A stretch of 64,000 nt of DNA. Source: Macrostomum lignano (taxonomy: Eukaryota). The stretch lies in contig NIVC01000033.1 of NCBI GenBank assembly GCA_002269645.1, positions 113,335-177,334 on the forward strand, given 5' to 3'. This document shows, piece after piece, positions 21,840 to 40,700 of this stretch. The position numbers and the translations under genes were made by a program. Positions within the stretch are counted from its first letter, which is position 1; each line of letters opens with the position of its first letter. The notes under the pieces were generated by a model. The model did no database searches. It was not told the DNA's origin and saw only the letters and a program-made list of their open reading frames with translations.

Positions 21840-23354
21840 TAGTGCCTAATTCGTGGTCTTTTTATTGTTGCGCATGCGTGTATTATTTTGATACACAGTA
21901 AATGTATATGCAAAGTATTGATTGATTTATGTATTTACAGTATTTTCAATACGAAAGAAAATATATACGAATGAAATTATATAATTTCATGTAATAGGTG
22001 GTCTATCAGAAGAATAAAATTATTTTATTAAGAAGCTGTAAACTTAATGATATAACTCATTCACCATCATTGCGTTTGCATTGTGCCATTATTCCACTTC
22101 AACAAGGAAATGCAGCAAGATACAGTATATATGAAGGCAAACAATTGAAAAGCCAATTAAATTCGGTCATGCCGGCCCAGACGAACTTTTTTAGAAATCA
22201 CACCACTCAGAATAAAGCCGGCGTTAATTGAGCTGCAGGTGGTGAATCGTTAGCTGGGACCGAGGGAGAGTCGTATAAGTCTCAGAGAAACACCGTCAAA
22301 GGCGGAGGCTCGGGACCGGCTGATAAGCCAAGCCGACGGGACAGCCCTGTGATCTCTCAGGAGGTGTTGTAAATGACCATAAAATTATTTTTAATGAGCA
22401 ACAGAATTTTTAAACTCGCAGGCAGAGCAGACCTGCGCAGTTTTATGATCACCAATTCAACCTTGAGCTGTCGGTATTTAATAAAAGCATTCCCAAAAGG
22501 CCAAACCCAAAGGGCCAGAAAAATGCAGATAAAATTATTAAGTAAAATTATACTTCAATTGCCATAAAACATAAACAATCAGGGCAGACGGAAACAAAAA
22601 CCCTGTGCACCTTCGGAGTTCATAAAAGCTGAAGCGATAAGTGGAGATTATCAGTTTTTATTGATATTTGGAAGCACCTACGCCGATGCAGTGCGTATGC
22701 ACCAATGCTCAGCCCCCTGACACTCGATTCGGACCCCTGACACTCGATTCGGACTCCTGACACTCGATTCGGACTCCTGACACTCGATACTAGATTCGGA
22801 GCCCCGAAACTCGATTAAGAGCCGGCCTGACACCCTCCACTTTATTTGACTCCCCGACACCCAATTTGACTCCCTTGACACTAGTTTAACTCCCCAACCT
22901 GAAACTCCTCCCTCTAAAGCATTAATAGCTACCCTCCAAATACCATAACTAGAATCCCGTACAGAATCATCTCAACAGTTGCCAGCAGAATTGCTCAGTT
23001 GGAGAAAGCGACATTCGAGAAGACACCCCTAAGTGTGGAGAGTTCAGCTGCATCTCAGGCTCAGCCTCAGGTTGCACTGACCAGCTCAGGCAGCCGCGGG
23101 GCGGTCACATTCCAGCGTATCTTATCAACCTTCAAGCGACACCAGCAAAGCTCGGAGGAGCAGACAGGGGAGACGTGTAAATTTGATCTACAGATAAGTT
23201 TAGACTATCGAAAAAACGCTGCACCCACTATGCTATAAAATGGCTGACTGTCCATTGGGTTGTCGCTAGCAGACCGACCTAGTTTTTTAGCATAATTGAT
23301 TTCTGTTTGAATTTTTACGCTGCAATCAAGCTATCCGATTTCCGATTTGTAACC

Positions 23355-24343
23355 ATGGCAACCAGCTGTTTCTTTGGTTCCTGCAACTGTTGGCAGTGCC
23401 GCCGGTGCTATGGCAGCAATGGCGTCGTCGGAAACACGGACGGTTGGGCTCCCAGCGGCTGCCAGACGGCGCCTCCGCCGATGCCTCTGTGGCCGCCGCC
23501 GCCGCCGCCACCCCCGCCGCCCGCGCTGGCGCCGCCCAATTCTCAGCCCCGAAGGCGAAAGAGAAACCACGTGCCCCGGCCGATGAACCCTTTCATGGTG
23601 TGGGCCAAGGTTGAGCGCAAGCGGATGTCCAGGGCGCACCCGGATGTGCACAATGTGCAGTTGAGCCGGCTGCTCGGTGAGCTTACAATTACATCCACCC
23701 GTGTGAAGAGGGCCAGTCCCGAAGCCTCTGAGAGTGTACATGCCTGATGATGAGAAAGCCTGGGTCGCTGTACACCCCGTGTGAACATGTGCCTGCGTAC
23801 GTATCCGTGTGTGCGCTTTGAAGTCAGCGGAATGAGCATGACTGCTTAAGTTCCACTTTCAAGTAAACTAGCTAACTAACTGGACTCTGTTCGTCTTCAG
23901 GTGACAGATGGAGGTCGATGCCCTACCAGGAGAAGCTGCCCTACATCCTGGAGGCCGACCGGCTCAAGCAGCAGCACCTGCTGGACCATCCGGGCTACAA
24001 GTACCAGCCGAGGCGGAGGCGGAAGCAGCAGCAGCAGCAGCAGCAGAGCCAGGAGCTCATGAGCTGCCTCCATCCAGATCCTCGATGCAGCTGCCCCAGT
24101 TGCTGCTTATCACATCCAAACTCGGACAATCCAGCGGAGAACAAACACCAGCTCCACCACCAGCTGCAGCACCAGCTCCAATACCAGTCTCAGTCCCAGC
24201 TGATGGCCATCAGTGACAGCGCCAGCACGAGCCGCAGCATCAGCAGCGTCAGCAGCAGCAGCAGCAGCAGCGAATTCGACTGCTTCGATGCGCAGTCATT
24301 CGCTGAATTTCTGGGAGGCCTGGACGTTACGCAGCTCTTATAG
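23355..24343 (+). CDS. Sox HMG-box transcription factor, most similar to SoxF (exons 23355-23676 and 23901-24343)
   Basis: HVPRPMNPFMVWAKVERKRMSRAHPDVHNVQLSRLLG|DRWRSMPYQEKLPYILEADRLKQQHLLDHPGYKYQPRRRRK. The phase-1 intron in the LG codon and WAKxERK are SoxF traits. Confidence 0.88.
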
Positions 24344-25550
24344 AGTCGGATCTTTGAGCTTTTTGTTGAGAACTTATAAGAGAAAAGCTGGCAGCCTCTT
24401 GCCAATTAACGCGGAGAAAATTGGAAAGTTTAAAGTTTGTAAAGTTGGTCAGGTACAAGTGAGTTTAGCGAAGTGTCAATGAGTTGCATGTTGCATGCAC
24501 TGAATCCAGTCTCCGATGAAGCCTAGAAAGTGTCCGGCAGTCAGGCTCCGTTTTCGCATAGCAACAGTCAGCTAAGTTTATCAGTGGACTGCACTCAGCT
24601 ACCCTAATCCTGTAGATCAGGTGACCCTGTTTACCCGTTAATAAGAAAGATTTTAAATGTACGTCTTCCTTGTTTTGAAATTTTTGAGCACCCCCCCAAG
24701 CAGCTGTCAATCTGTTGAAACCTGTTATTAAAAGGACGTCATGAACTTTTTGTACAATTGATTCTTCATCAAGTTTCACTTCCGATTCGACAAATAAAAT
24801 AAACTGATAATAAAGACGCGAGTTTTGCAAGCGCGCCAAGCTAATTCCCTGCAATTAGCAGGGCTCATCCATCATTTAATTGCACAGGCATCAGGAAGGC
24901 CCAATTGCAACAAGAATTTGTGGCTTCACTAAATAAGAAGGCTTTGAGATCGGCCTGAGAACAGTGCCAAGACCAGCTCAACCCTCGATCCCCCCAGGCC
25001 AATGCAAAGCTGCATGGTTTCTGTTATGCAAACAAAGGAGCCTCTCCGAAGCTCACGAGCGGTCTCTGCTGCTAGACTGCTGCAATCTGGCTGAGGGCGG
25101 GGGTGGCGATCGGCCTTCCCAAGGTGCGAATTGCCTCTGGAGCATATCAGTCTATCAGCGAGGGGTCGCCTCCACCCCCTTTCCGCTCGGATAGGTGCTC
25201 GGGGTCAATTACCGATAATAAATAAAACTATTTTAACGCGGTGTAAAAACATGCAGGTGTCCAGCCCGAGCCGAGAACTCTCAACATGAATAAAAAAATC
25301 TCAAGGGGTCAATATGGGTCTAGCAAAATATTAAACTGTTATAAGATCCTCTGACTGACAGGTGCTGATAAAATCTGGAGCTCCAAAGTTAATTAAATTG
25401 ATATTTAATGCGTGGCAGAGTTGCCAAAACCAGATTTGCTCACGTGGCTGACCACTTAGTTGACCTTTTATGTACCCTGAATGCACTGCAGTCAGAATGG
25501 AAATTGCCCGTGCATTACAATATTTAGAACCAGAATGGGATACTCAAGAA

Positions 25551-26018
25551 TGCTCAGAGCTGACATTTTCATTCATGCTCAAAGCTGACATTGTCCTACA
25601 TGCTCAAAGCTGACATTGTCCTACATGCTCAGAGCTGACATTGTCCTACATGCTCAGAGCTGACATTGTCCTACATGCTCAAAGCTGACATTGTCCTACA
25701 TTCTCAGAGCTGACATTGTCATGCATGCTCAAAGCTGACATTGTCCTACATGCTCAAAGCTGACATTGTCCTACATGCTCAAAGCTGACATTGTCATACA
25801 TGCTCAAAGCTGACATTGTCCTACATGCTCAAAGCTGACATTGTCATACATGCTCAAAGCTGACATTGTCATACATTCTCAAAGCTGACATTGTCATACA
25901 TGCTCAAAGCTGACATTGTCATACATTCTCAAAGCTGACATTGTCCTACATGCTCAAAGCTGACATTGTCATACATGCTCAAAGCTGACATTGTCCTACA
26001 TTCTCAGAGCTGACATTT
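25551..26018. repeat. 25-bp minisatellite (CTCAAAGCTGACATTGTCCTACATG)
   Basis: About 18 tandem copies. Confidence 0.95.
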
Positions 26019-26267
26019 TCCCTAAAGCTTGCCGTTTTGCACAGCCAGTCAGCGGACTGCAGTTTCTGCTACGAGTAGAAAGTTAAAATGCAGCCAAAGT
26101 TTCACGGAGGAAGCCCCCATTGTCTCCCCGCTCTCCTCGCTCTTAAGCAAAAATTTACACAAGCGGCATTCAGCAGAGCTTAACAATCAGCTATTCTAGG
26201 GATAAAAATCCTCAGAGCTCCGTGCAGTTTCCTCTCCAATTCAGAAGCCATTGCAACTTCCGTAGCC

Positions 26268-26302
<35 letters not shown>

Positions 26303-26646
26303 TTCTCGCAACAAATTTCTTTGAGTTTCTTCAACGGGCCTCCTGAGTGCAGTGTTCAGTCCGCCGCAGTGTACCCGCGGCTTCATTCACCTGCTCCATT
26401 TCTCCCCTCCGCTGGGCGCCCCCGCCCGCACTCCCATTGTGTCAGTCAATCAATCAATCCTGGCCCCACTGCAGAAAGTGGCGGAGGGGGGGCAGCGTCG
26501 CCACCGCTGCCCAGAATCTGGCCAGGGCTTGAAGCGGTGGCTATACTTAACCTCCGCCACTTTCACTCATTAGCGGCTGAGCACAGCCCTTTTCCCTACT
26601 CATAACAGCCTTACTGGGAACTTCGTAGCGCAACGCACGCGGGAGA

Positions 26647-28565
<1,919 letters not shown>

Positions 28566-28788
28566 GCATCGGGACGTTGCCTGGAGCAACTGAAGGATGC
28601 AGTTTATGAACAGACCCAGGATTCTCAAGTAGAGCTGCTCATTAATATATGTATGTAGCAATACAAAATACTTTCAATAAAACAGATTGAAATCAATGTA
28701 TGCATATACAGTTATCAATGTATGGTCTGCACATGTGCAAACCTCCATTCATGTAACCGTGCTGAAGTAACTGAAGGAAGTCACATCC

Positions 28789-29020
28789 CAGGCTTCTGTT
28801 CACAATCACAACCTGAAGATACTCACACCTCAGGCTTCCGTTCACAATCACAACCTGAAGGTACTCACACCTCAGGCTTCCGTTCACAATCACAACCTGA
28901 AGGTTACACTCCCCACAGGCTTCTGTTCACAATCACAACCTGAAGGTTACCCTCACCACGGGCTTCTGTTCACAATCACAACCTGAAGGTTATTACTCTC
29001 ATCACAGGCTTCCGTTCACA
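28789..29020. repeat. ~42-bp minisatellite between the convergent EF-hand and ATP5F1A genes
   Basis: About 5 copies of AGGCTTCCGTTCACAATCACAACCTGAAGG plus a variable tail. Confidence 0.88.
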
Positions 29021-29698
29021 ACATTTCCTGTTTAAAAAAGCAGTAACTCAAAGCGGCAGAGCAGACTGATATCGACGGTCACAGAGATTTTAGTTTCAAT
29101 TTCAACTTTGTTGGGCTGTTATTCTTCGAAACTTTTTAAGAGAATCGACCGGTTCTAGCGAAGAGGGAACTCGGTTTATTTGTGTTACTAATAGTAGTAT
29201 TGGGAGCTGATCAAACTATGTATCAGAATTGGAAAGGCCGCAGCCGCACAAAACCAGCGTGTTGTTAAAGCGGGCAGTGAAACACAAGAAAAATACAGGA
29301 CTGTGAAGTACATAGGGACTACCGAGGGAATTTCAAACTAAGATGATGAAGATTAGGAGACTGCGCCTAAGACTAACCTCAACAAAACAGGGTTAAATAA
29401 CAATTGAGATAGCGTTCCTATTTGCTCAATAAGATATTGAAATTTTTTAGAAACTACAAACAGTGTAATTCTGAACTTACTCGCGAAGTGTCTACTTATT
29501 ATTGTAAGTAGTCACTATAGTAATTTTAATATTAATAATAAATAGTTTTAATATGCTACCAATGAAATTGAAGATAGATATTTATCCGTACAAACTAAAA
29601 AAGTCCCAGCAAAGGCCCAGCACAGCTCAGTCAGTCTGCACTCAGTCAGTCAGGTCTCAGTCAAGCCTCTCAAAGCCGGTCTCAACCTGACGTCTAAT

Positions 29699-32956
<3,258 letters not shown>

Positions 32957-33011
32957 TGTTGCGGCTTTGAGAGAATTGAAGCTAAAGAGCTGCGGGATGG
33001 CCGGCATTGGG

Positions 33012-33056
33012 GTCACGTGACGCTTGCGTTAGAGTGCAGGTAAACATGGATTGGCT
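33012..33056 (-). promoter_or_regulatory. Possible ATP5F1A proximal promoter motifs
   Basis: Palindrome GTCACGTGAC at 33012-33021 and a CCAAT box (AGCCAATC on the minus strand, 33049-33056), 55-100 bp upstream of the ATG. Motif match only. Confidence 0.35.
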
Positions 33057-33074
33057 GGGCCTTTCATCTGTCTA

Positions 33075-33650
33075 CCTGATCGTGTGTACCTATGACAGTG
33101 CCTGTGTGTACCTATGAGAGTGTCTGTGTGTACCTATGACAGTGTCTGTGTGTACCTATGACAGTGCCTGTGTGTACCTATGACAGTGCCTGTGTGTACC
33201 TATGACAGTGCCTGTGTGTACCTATGAGAGTGTCTGTGTGTACCTATGACAGTGCCTGTGTGTACCTATGACAGTGCCTGTGTGTACCTATGACAGTGCC
33301 TGTGTGTACCTATGACAGTGCCTGTGTGTACCTATGACAGTGCCTGTGTGTACCTATGACAGTGCCTGTGTGTACCTATGACAGTGCCTGTGTGTACCTA
33401 TGACAGTGCCTGTGTGTACCTATGACAGTGCCTGTGTGTACCTATGACAGTGCCTGTGTGTACCTATGACAGTGCCTGTGTGTACCTATGAGAGTGTCTG
33501 TGTGTACCTATGACAGTGCCTGTGTGTACCTATGACAGTGCCTGTGTGTACCTATGACAGTGCCTGTGTATACCTATGACAGTGCCTGTGTGTACCTATG
33601 ACAGTGCCTGTGTGTACCTATGACAGTACCTGTGTGTACCTATGACAGAG
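33075..33650. repeat. 22-bp minisatellite between OXA1L and ATP5F1A
   Basis: About 26 copies of CTGTGTGTACCTATGACAGTGC. Confidence 0.96.
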
Positions 33651-34064
33651 CTCATGTCTACTTCTAAAAGGCCTCTATTTCGCCATACTTCTAGAACCTG
33701 TTGCTAGAAAAATTAACAAAGAAAAGAAGCATAAAAGTCAACAAACTTAGATCTGTGCAGCACAATTCAAAATGTATTTCGCGACAACACGCGAGGCAAC
33801 ACATCAATGAATTAATAAATGACCTCGCATAACAGGTGCTTCAAAACTAGCTAACAGTTGCACAGCTTGCAAGAAGACAAAATTATGAAAGCTGAGTAAA
33901 AATGCGACTTTAGAACAGGCAATCCTAGTGTTTTAAGCTATAATTGAAACTGAATTTATGACAGCATAGAAGTCAGACCTGGCAGCTTCAGATGAGTACG
34001 AGACACGAAATATTGATTTATGATTTGTGCCGTTTTTACTTATAAATTAACAGCTATTGTGGCC

Positions 34065-36880
34065 TCAGATGATCCTGCCACTCTGTCTGAGAGGCTGCTG
34101 CTGCTGCTGCGGCTGCTTCCGCCGAATCCGGTAAGTCTTGGGCACCTGAGCATCCCCGGTCTGGTCGGGCATCCTGGTGGCCTGGTACTCGCGATTCTCA
34201 ATAGCCGGCATAATCTGATTGCGGATCCGATCGATGGAGCTGCTAGTCTCCAGGCTGGGTGGCGGCAGGTCCTCAACGCGGGGCAGGCCGATTCTGGACT
34301 TCCAGAACGCTTTGGCCGCCTCTGTCCGGTTGATGAGGTGCAGCAGCTGGGCGGTGGCGCCGGTGGCAAAGAAATAAAACAGATTGGCGCCCGGGAAATT
34401 CACCATACAGGTGAACACGAAGGCTGGCAGCAGGGTGTAGGCCAGCGGCTTCACCATGGACATCTGGGAAGGAGGGTTGGTCGGTGGGGGAGGTGTTAGA
34501 GGCGAATCTAAATGTCCTGGAAGCCTGGTGTGAAAGGATTTCAAATAATTAAAGGTTAAGCGTCAGAAATGGCAGCTTTGGCCATAGACAAAACACAGCT
34601 GATTAATGTCTATATAAACCATGCCAGATGCCTAAATAAAAGTACATAGTGTCAGTCGATTAGGGAAAGGCCCATGCAATCCTGTGGTAGCTGCAATTTA
34701 GTCGCTCAGACTTAGCCGCAAATTAGGGACAGTCAATCCCCAAGCACACGCTCACACAGGGTGTACAGGGCCCTGAATTTCTCATCGACAAGCAGTTATA
34801 CACTCTCGGGTTAATAAGGGTAGAGCAGCTTAGCAATAAACGCGTCTGGCTCGGCCCATGGTTTGATTCTGTGCGCGGCCACTTTCATTTGGGGCCTGTG
34901 TGCATGAAGATTGGACTCAGGGTTGTCGGGCGTCGGTTGATTCGCACCCATGAGGGCCAGCCCCCAAGGCACAGAGTGTACATGCCTGATGATTAGAATG
35001 TCAGGGCCGCTGTACACCCCTGCGTGAGTGCTCAGGAGCCAGCGGAATGGGGTAGAACTCAAACTCACTTTCTGGTGAGTGCCAGACGGCTGAGCTGCGT
35101 AGAACAGGTGCACATTCAGCATCAGCAGGCCGGTGACGGTGGCAGGCAGCAGGAAGTACGGGTCTACGCAGGTGAGGTCGGTCAGCCAGAGCACGCCGCC
35201 CTGTTGAAAGCTTTCCACAGGCAGGGCGGTGGCCATGTAGATGGCGCGGATGCTGGCCAGCTGGACAAAGGTCAGGGTGAAGCAGAAGCTGCCCAACACC
35301 ATCATGTTGCGGCGCATCAGTTTCCGCATTCCAGACGGCGCCAAGAACTGGGGGAACCGTTCGAATGCCTGGAGTACAACGAATGTGCAGATTAGAGGGG
35401 AATGCCGAGCTGCCCTACTGAGACCTCAGCTACTCTCCCTGTGCTTCAGGGACCTCAGCTACTCCCTCCCTGTGCTTCAGGGACCTCAGCTACTCTCTCT
35501 GTGCTTCAGGGACCTCAGCTACTCCCTCTCTGTGCTTCAGGGACCTCAGCTACTCTCCCTGTGCTTCAGGGACCTCAGCTACTCTCCCTGTGCTTCAGGG
35601 ACCTCAGCTACTCCCTCTCTGTGCTTCAGGGACCTCAGCTACTCTCCCTGTGCTTCAGGGACCTCAGCTACTCCCTCTCTGTGCTTCAGGGACCTCAGCT
35701 ACTCTCCCTGTGCTTCAGGGACCTCAGCTACTCTCCCTGTGCTTCAGGGACCTCAGCTACTCCCTCTCTGTGCTTCAGGGACCTCAGCTACTCTCCCTGT
35801 GCTTCAGGGACCTCAGCTACTCTCCGTGTACTTCAGGGACCTCAGCTACTCTCCCTGTGCTTCAGGGATGTCAGCCTGGATTAGAAACCTCTGCCTGAAT
35901 TAGGGACCTCACAGCCAGTGCCAGTGCCTATAGGCATATAGGCAGGTACTCATATGCCTACTCACCTCTTGCTGCATCCGCATGCTAGCCTGCATGTTGC
36001 CGGATCTCTCGTAGAATTTTTGCTGCTCCATAAACTTCTGTAAATTAACAAAACTGGGCATGTCAACCCGCATCATACGCTGCAGGTACATATTGGGCAG
36101 CAGTAGCATGAGGCGAACGCCGATGCCCATCAGAACGGCGCACAGCCACCAAGGCATGTCCAAGGTGACGTGCAGAGTCTCCAGCCACTTCAGTTGCAGA
36201 CTGGACGGCCACAGGCCGGTGCCGAGGCCCAGACTGGCGAATGACGGCTCCGCCAGCGAGGAGGCGGCATCGGCGAGGGCGTCTGTTGAAGAGCCTTCGA
36301 CGAGCTCCTGGACAAAAGGCGTAAAGTGAATTGATTTTCGAAACCCCTGTCTGTTTATTGTGTACAGTCCTGGGTGCCCAGGGCATTGGGATTCTAAATA
36401 TCTTCAAGACTGGGATCTAAAATCAGACTCCAATTTTCACCTGGATGGCGGCGGGCGCATCCTCCACAAAGAAAGAAGAGATGTCAGCCGACGGCGGGTT
36501 GGCAGCCGCGCCTTGTCGCAGTGCCTCGTCTACCGGCGGTGCCGCCGACATCGGCGGGTCGGCAGCTTCGGGGCCGTCAATGAACCAGGCTCGCAGGTTG
36601 TCCACCGTGACAAAGCTGCGAGCGGTCGGCGTCAGCATAGCCGACTGTCTCGGATGGAGCTGGAGTAGCAGGGCGCGCTGCCGTTGCCATGGCAACCCGG
36701 CCGCCTGAGACAGACACCGCCTGCACACAACAAAGGCTGTGGAGCGAGTGAGACTGCCGGCTGGCGGCCGTGTGGAGGCCGCGATTTTCAAAATGCGGCG
36801 ATGCTGAAATGAACGAGGAATCCAAGTTAATAGAGTGCATACTGGGCTGAGGCCCGCTACTGACAGTAGCTTACTGGCAT
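34065..36880 (-). CDS. OXA1L: Mitochondrial inner-membrane insertase Oxa1/YidC family (469 aa as modelled)
   Basis: Exons 36880-36875 (ATG CCA), 36803-36441, 36307-35966, 35368-35069 and 34463-34065, all phase 0. Motifs: EPSFASLGLG...LHVTLDMPWW and GGVLWLTDLTCVDPYFLLP. Long Arg-rich, acid-free presequence. Confidence 0.88.
35415..35875. repeat. 29/31-bp minisatellite in an OXA1L intron
   Basis: GTGCTTCAGGGACCTCAGCTACTCTCCCT and a +2 bp variant. Confidence 0.95.
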
Positions 36881-36888
36881 AATTTTAC

Positions 36889-37513
36889 TGGGATAAACTG
36901 GCTCATTGTGCTGCTGCAGGTCCCATGGGATAAACTGGCTCATTGTGCTGCTGCAGGTCCCATGGGATAAACTGGCTCATTGTGCTGCTGCTGCAGGTCC
37001 CATGGGATAAACTGGCTCATTGTGCTGCTGCTGCAGGTCCCATGGGATAAACTGGCTCATTGTGCTGCTGCTGCAGGTCCCATGGGATAAACTGGCTCAT
37101 TGTGCTGCTGCTGCAGGTCCCATGGGATAAACTGGCTCATTGTGCTGCTGCTGCAGGTCCCATGGGATAAACTGGCTCATTGTGCTGCTGCTGCAGGTCC
37201 CATGGGATAAACTGGCTCATTGTGCTGCTGCTGCAGGTCCCATGGGATAAACTGGCTCATTGTGCTGCTGCTGCAGGTCCCATGGGATAAACTGGCTCAT
37301 TGTGCTGCTGCTGCAGGTCCCATGGGATAAACTGGCTCATTGTGCTGCTGCTGCAGGTCCCATGGGATAAACTGACTCATTGTGCTGCTGCAGGTCCCAT
37401 GGGATAAACTGGCTCATTGTGCTGCTGCTGCAGGTCCCATGGGATAAACTGGCTCATTGTGCTGCTGCTGCAGGTCCCATGGGATAAACTGGCTCATTGT
37501 GCTGCTGCAGGTC
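36889..37513. repeat. 40/37-bp minisatellite filling the PEX1-OXA1L gap
   Basis: About 16 copies of GGGATAAACTGGCTCATTGTGCTGCTGCTGCAGGTCCCAT. Confidence 0.96.
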
Positions 37514-37762
37514 CCGCGTCTTATGGGATAATAAACTTGCAGGTGGTACGGATATCTAGATAAAAGGACACCAAATGCCGTAGGATATGAATCAATCAAT
37601 CAAGAATTACTAAAAAATAATGCAATAAAAATCCTCAACTAAAACAAATATATTACTACTCTTTACAGACTTCTAATAAGAAATGGCGCATCAGTGGTCA
37701 GTGCATGAAATCATCAGCGACAGCACTACTTATAGTAGCACATGTCATTCAAAATCAAGCAA

Positions 37763-40700
37763 TCAGGCAAACATCACTCTTCGGCCGGGTTGCAGTGCAG
37801 TTGGCGAAGCAGCAGATTCGCCGCCTACTACTGACAGTAGCGAAGGCCGCACCCTGTCCAGAGCGGCCAGCAGCTCGGACTGTCCATAGCAGCAGCTGTC
37901 AGCGCTGGCCTCGGCAGCGGCTGCCAGCAGCAGGGCGTTGAAATCGGCCGAGCAGAAGCCCTCGGTAGAATCGGCGATGCGGTCAAGCAGCTGCTCTTTG
38001 TCGGCGAGTTCAGCGAAGCCGTCGGCAGTCAGCAGCGAGTCGATGATGCTCCGACGATCTTCGCGTCCGGGCAGCTGGCAGACGGCGCGCAGGCCGATGC
38101 GGCCGGGACGGAGCAGGGCGGGGTCGACGAGGTCCGGCCGGTTGGTGGCGGCCAGGAGGGCCACCCCGGCCAGGCCATCCGAGTCCAGGCCGTCCAGCTC
38201 GGTGAGCAGCTGATTGACAACTCGGTCGGTGACGCCGGTGCTGTCGTTGCCGCGTCTGGGCGCCAGGGCGTCCACCTGGGGGGTTGAGGATTGGAAAGAG
38301 TGAACAGGCGTTGGGCTGTACAAAGACTTCAATGTTTACTACTTGACCCGTACAGCCTTTGGTGCACACTACATGACCCGTACAGCCTTTGGTGCACACT
38401 ACATGACCCACGCCTTCGGTGTACACTACATGACCCGTACAGCCTTTAATGTACACTACATGACCCGCACAAAGACTTTGATGTACACTACTTGACCTAT
38501 ACAAAGTCTTTGAGGTCCATCTACTTCTTGACCCGTAACAGACTTTGATCTCTCCCCTATCAAAGACAATCATACACACCTCGTCCAGAAACACCAGACA
38601 GGGCCGCAGGCGTCGAGCTTTAGCGAACAGATCGCGCACCGCTCGCTCGCTGGCGCCAACAAATTTGCTGAGCAGCTCCGGTCCGCGCACGGCCAGCAGA
38701 CGGAGACGGAGGTGGCGGGCCAGCGCCATGACCAGCATGGATTTGCCGCAGCCAGACGGTCCAGTCAGCAACACGCCAGCGGTGGCAGCGGAGCCGCCGC
38801 GTACGCGCTGGACTAAGCGCGGGAATCGCAGCGGCCAGATGATGGCGCGCTCCAACACAGCTTTGGCCGAATCCAGGCCGCAGATCTGGGCGCGATCATT
38901 TTGACAGATTTTTGTAGATGACAAGACTGGCTTTTAGTGGGTGTTTATAGCTACTCTTAGAGGGTGTTTATAGCTACCGTTAGTGGGTGTTTATAGTTAA
39001 TTTTAAGTGGGTGCCTATAATAGATATGTGTTTTAAGAGCAGAGTTTCAGTGGGTGTTTATAGCTACCCTTATTAGGTGTTTATAGCTACTCTTAGTAGG
39101 TGTTTATAGCTACTCTCAGTGGGTGTTTATAGCTACCCTTAGTGTTTATAGCTACCCTTATTAGGTGTTTATAGCTACTCTTAGTAGGTGTTTATAGCTG
39201 CTCTTTGAAGTTTATAGTCACCTTTAGTGGGTGTTTGGAGTTACTTTTAGTGGGTGTTTATAGCTACTCTCAGTAGGTTTTTACGCTCGTTTAAGCTACT
39301 TTTAGTGGGTTTTTAAAGCGGATGCTAGGTGTTCAGAGCAGACTTTCAGTGAGTGTTTATAGCTTACCGTCATTGGGTGTTAATGGCTATTGTTACAGGG
39401 TTTATAGCGGATATTAAAGCTTGTAGCTTGTAGCGGATTTATGGAGCTCCCAGCTCCTTACTTGGTCATACTCAAGCGGCAGCTGAGCCCTAGCCGGATT
39501 GCACTCATCCCTGGCCTGCCTGACAGCTCCCAGAGCCACTTCCAACTGAAGCCTGGCGGCAGTGTCCGGGCTGCAGTATTCCAGAATCCCCTTGCACCTG
39601 GCGAACTCGCCCAGCGTCAGCTGCCGGCTAGCGGAGTCGGCGCCATCAGCGGAGAGCGTCAGCAGCCGGCGCATGTCACCGGTGGGCGACAGGCGGATGT
39701 CCAACTGGCTGTCCGTGTCAAACAGGCACTGACCGGCTGCCGAATCAATCAGCTGAGAATTTATAGGGCCGCCTGCGGTGGCCAGCAGCATTAGGCCGGG
39801 CTGGTGGCGAGCCCATTTCAATAGGCTGCGAATCAGGTGGCACAGGCGAACCAGCTGGACCTGATGGGCGGTTGCCAGGGGAGTAGGCAGTATAGCTTGA
39901 GCAACAGGCAATTGTCAGTGATTTAAAAATTGAGCAATGGGTCAGACTGGCATGCAGTGAAGCGAATCGTCAGGCCCTCACAAACACACGCGCCTGCTAG
40001 GCTCAGACTGTACATTTGGTGCCCCGCTAGCTACTAGAAAAATGTGCAGAGTGCGCGCTTATCTATTAAAGCAGGCATAATTACAGACAGTGTACGCAGC
40101 TGCCAGGGGCAGGTAAACAGTGAAGAAATTTAGCGAGTAGCTTACTACTGCCTCAGGGGTCACACTGCAACGATAACAGATTCCGACAGGCGGCATTCGG
40201 GTTTGATTTGACCGCCGGCTTTAACACTTAGCAGTATATCTAGACTTTTATTCATAAAGCTGAGTCGATCAAAAACTTTATTCACGGCAGTGGGGAAGCA
40301 TTTTATCACATTTTTACAAACCTAATTTACTAAACGAAAATCTTTCTAAATATCAATAGAGCTATAGGAATGGCACAACATATCAAAAGATGAACACTGG
40401 GTCTGCCTCCTATCGAAAGCAATAACAATTTTTGTGCTGAAAAAATGAGGACTTCCAATCTCCGTAGTGTCTTTTTCGGCGAGAACCAGCCTCATAAACA
40501 TCTAAGACACGTAGGAAACGTCATCTACTTGAGGAGTCCTTGATTCTGTTAACATTGGAGGTCTTGTAGAGGACTATGGCAACTGAAAAATGCTCAGACT
40601 GCAGACTACCGAATTACACGAATCGAGTCCGGGACCCAGACAAAAAATCTCCGAATGCTATTGCTACCTCTGCACCGGTGCCGACTTGGCCGTCTTCAAC

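Noticed and set aside
35241-35903. Plus-strand ORFs of 102-220 aa
   Set aside because: Minisatellite read-through, antisense to an OXA1L intron.
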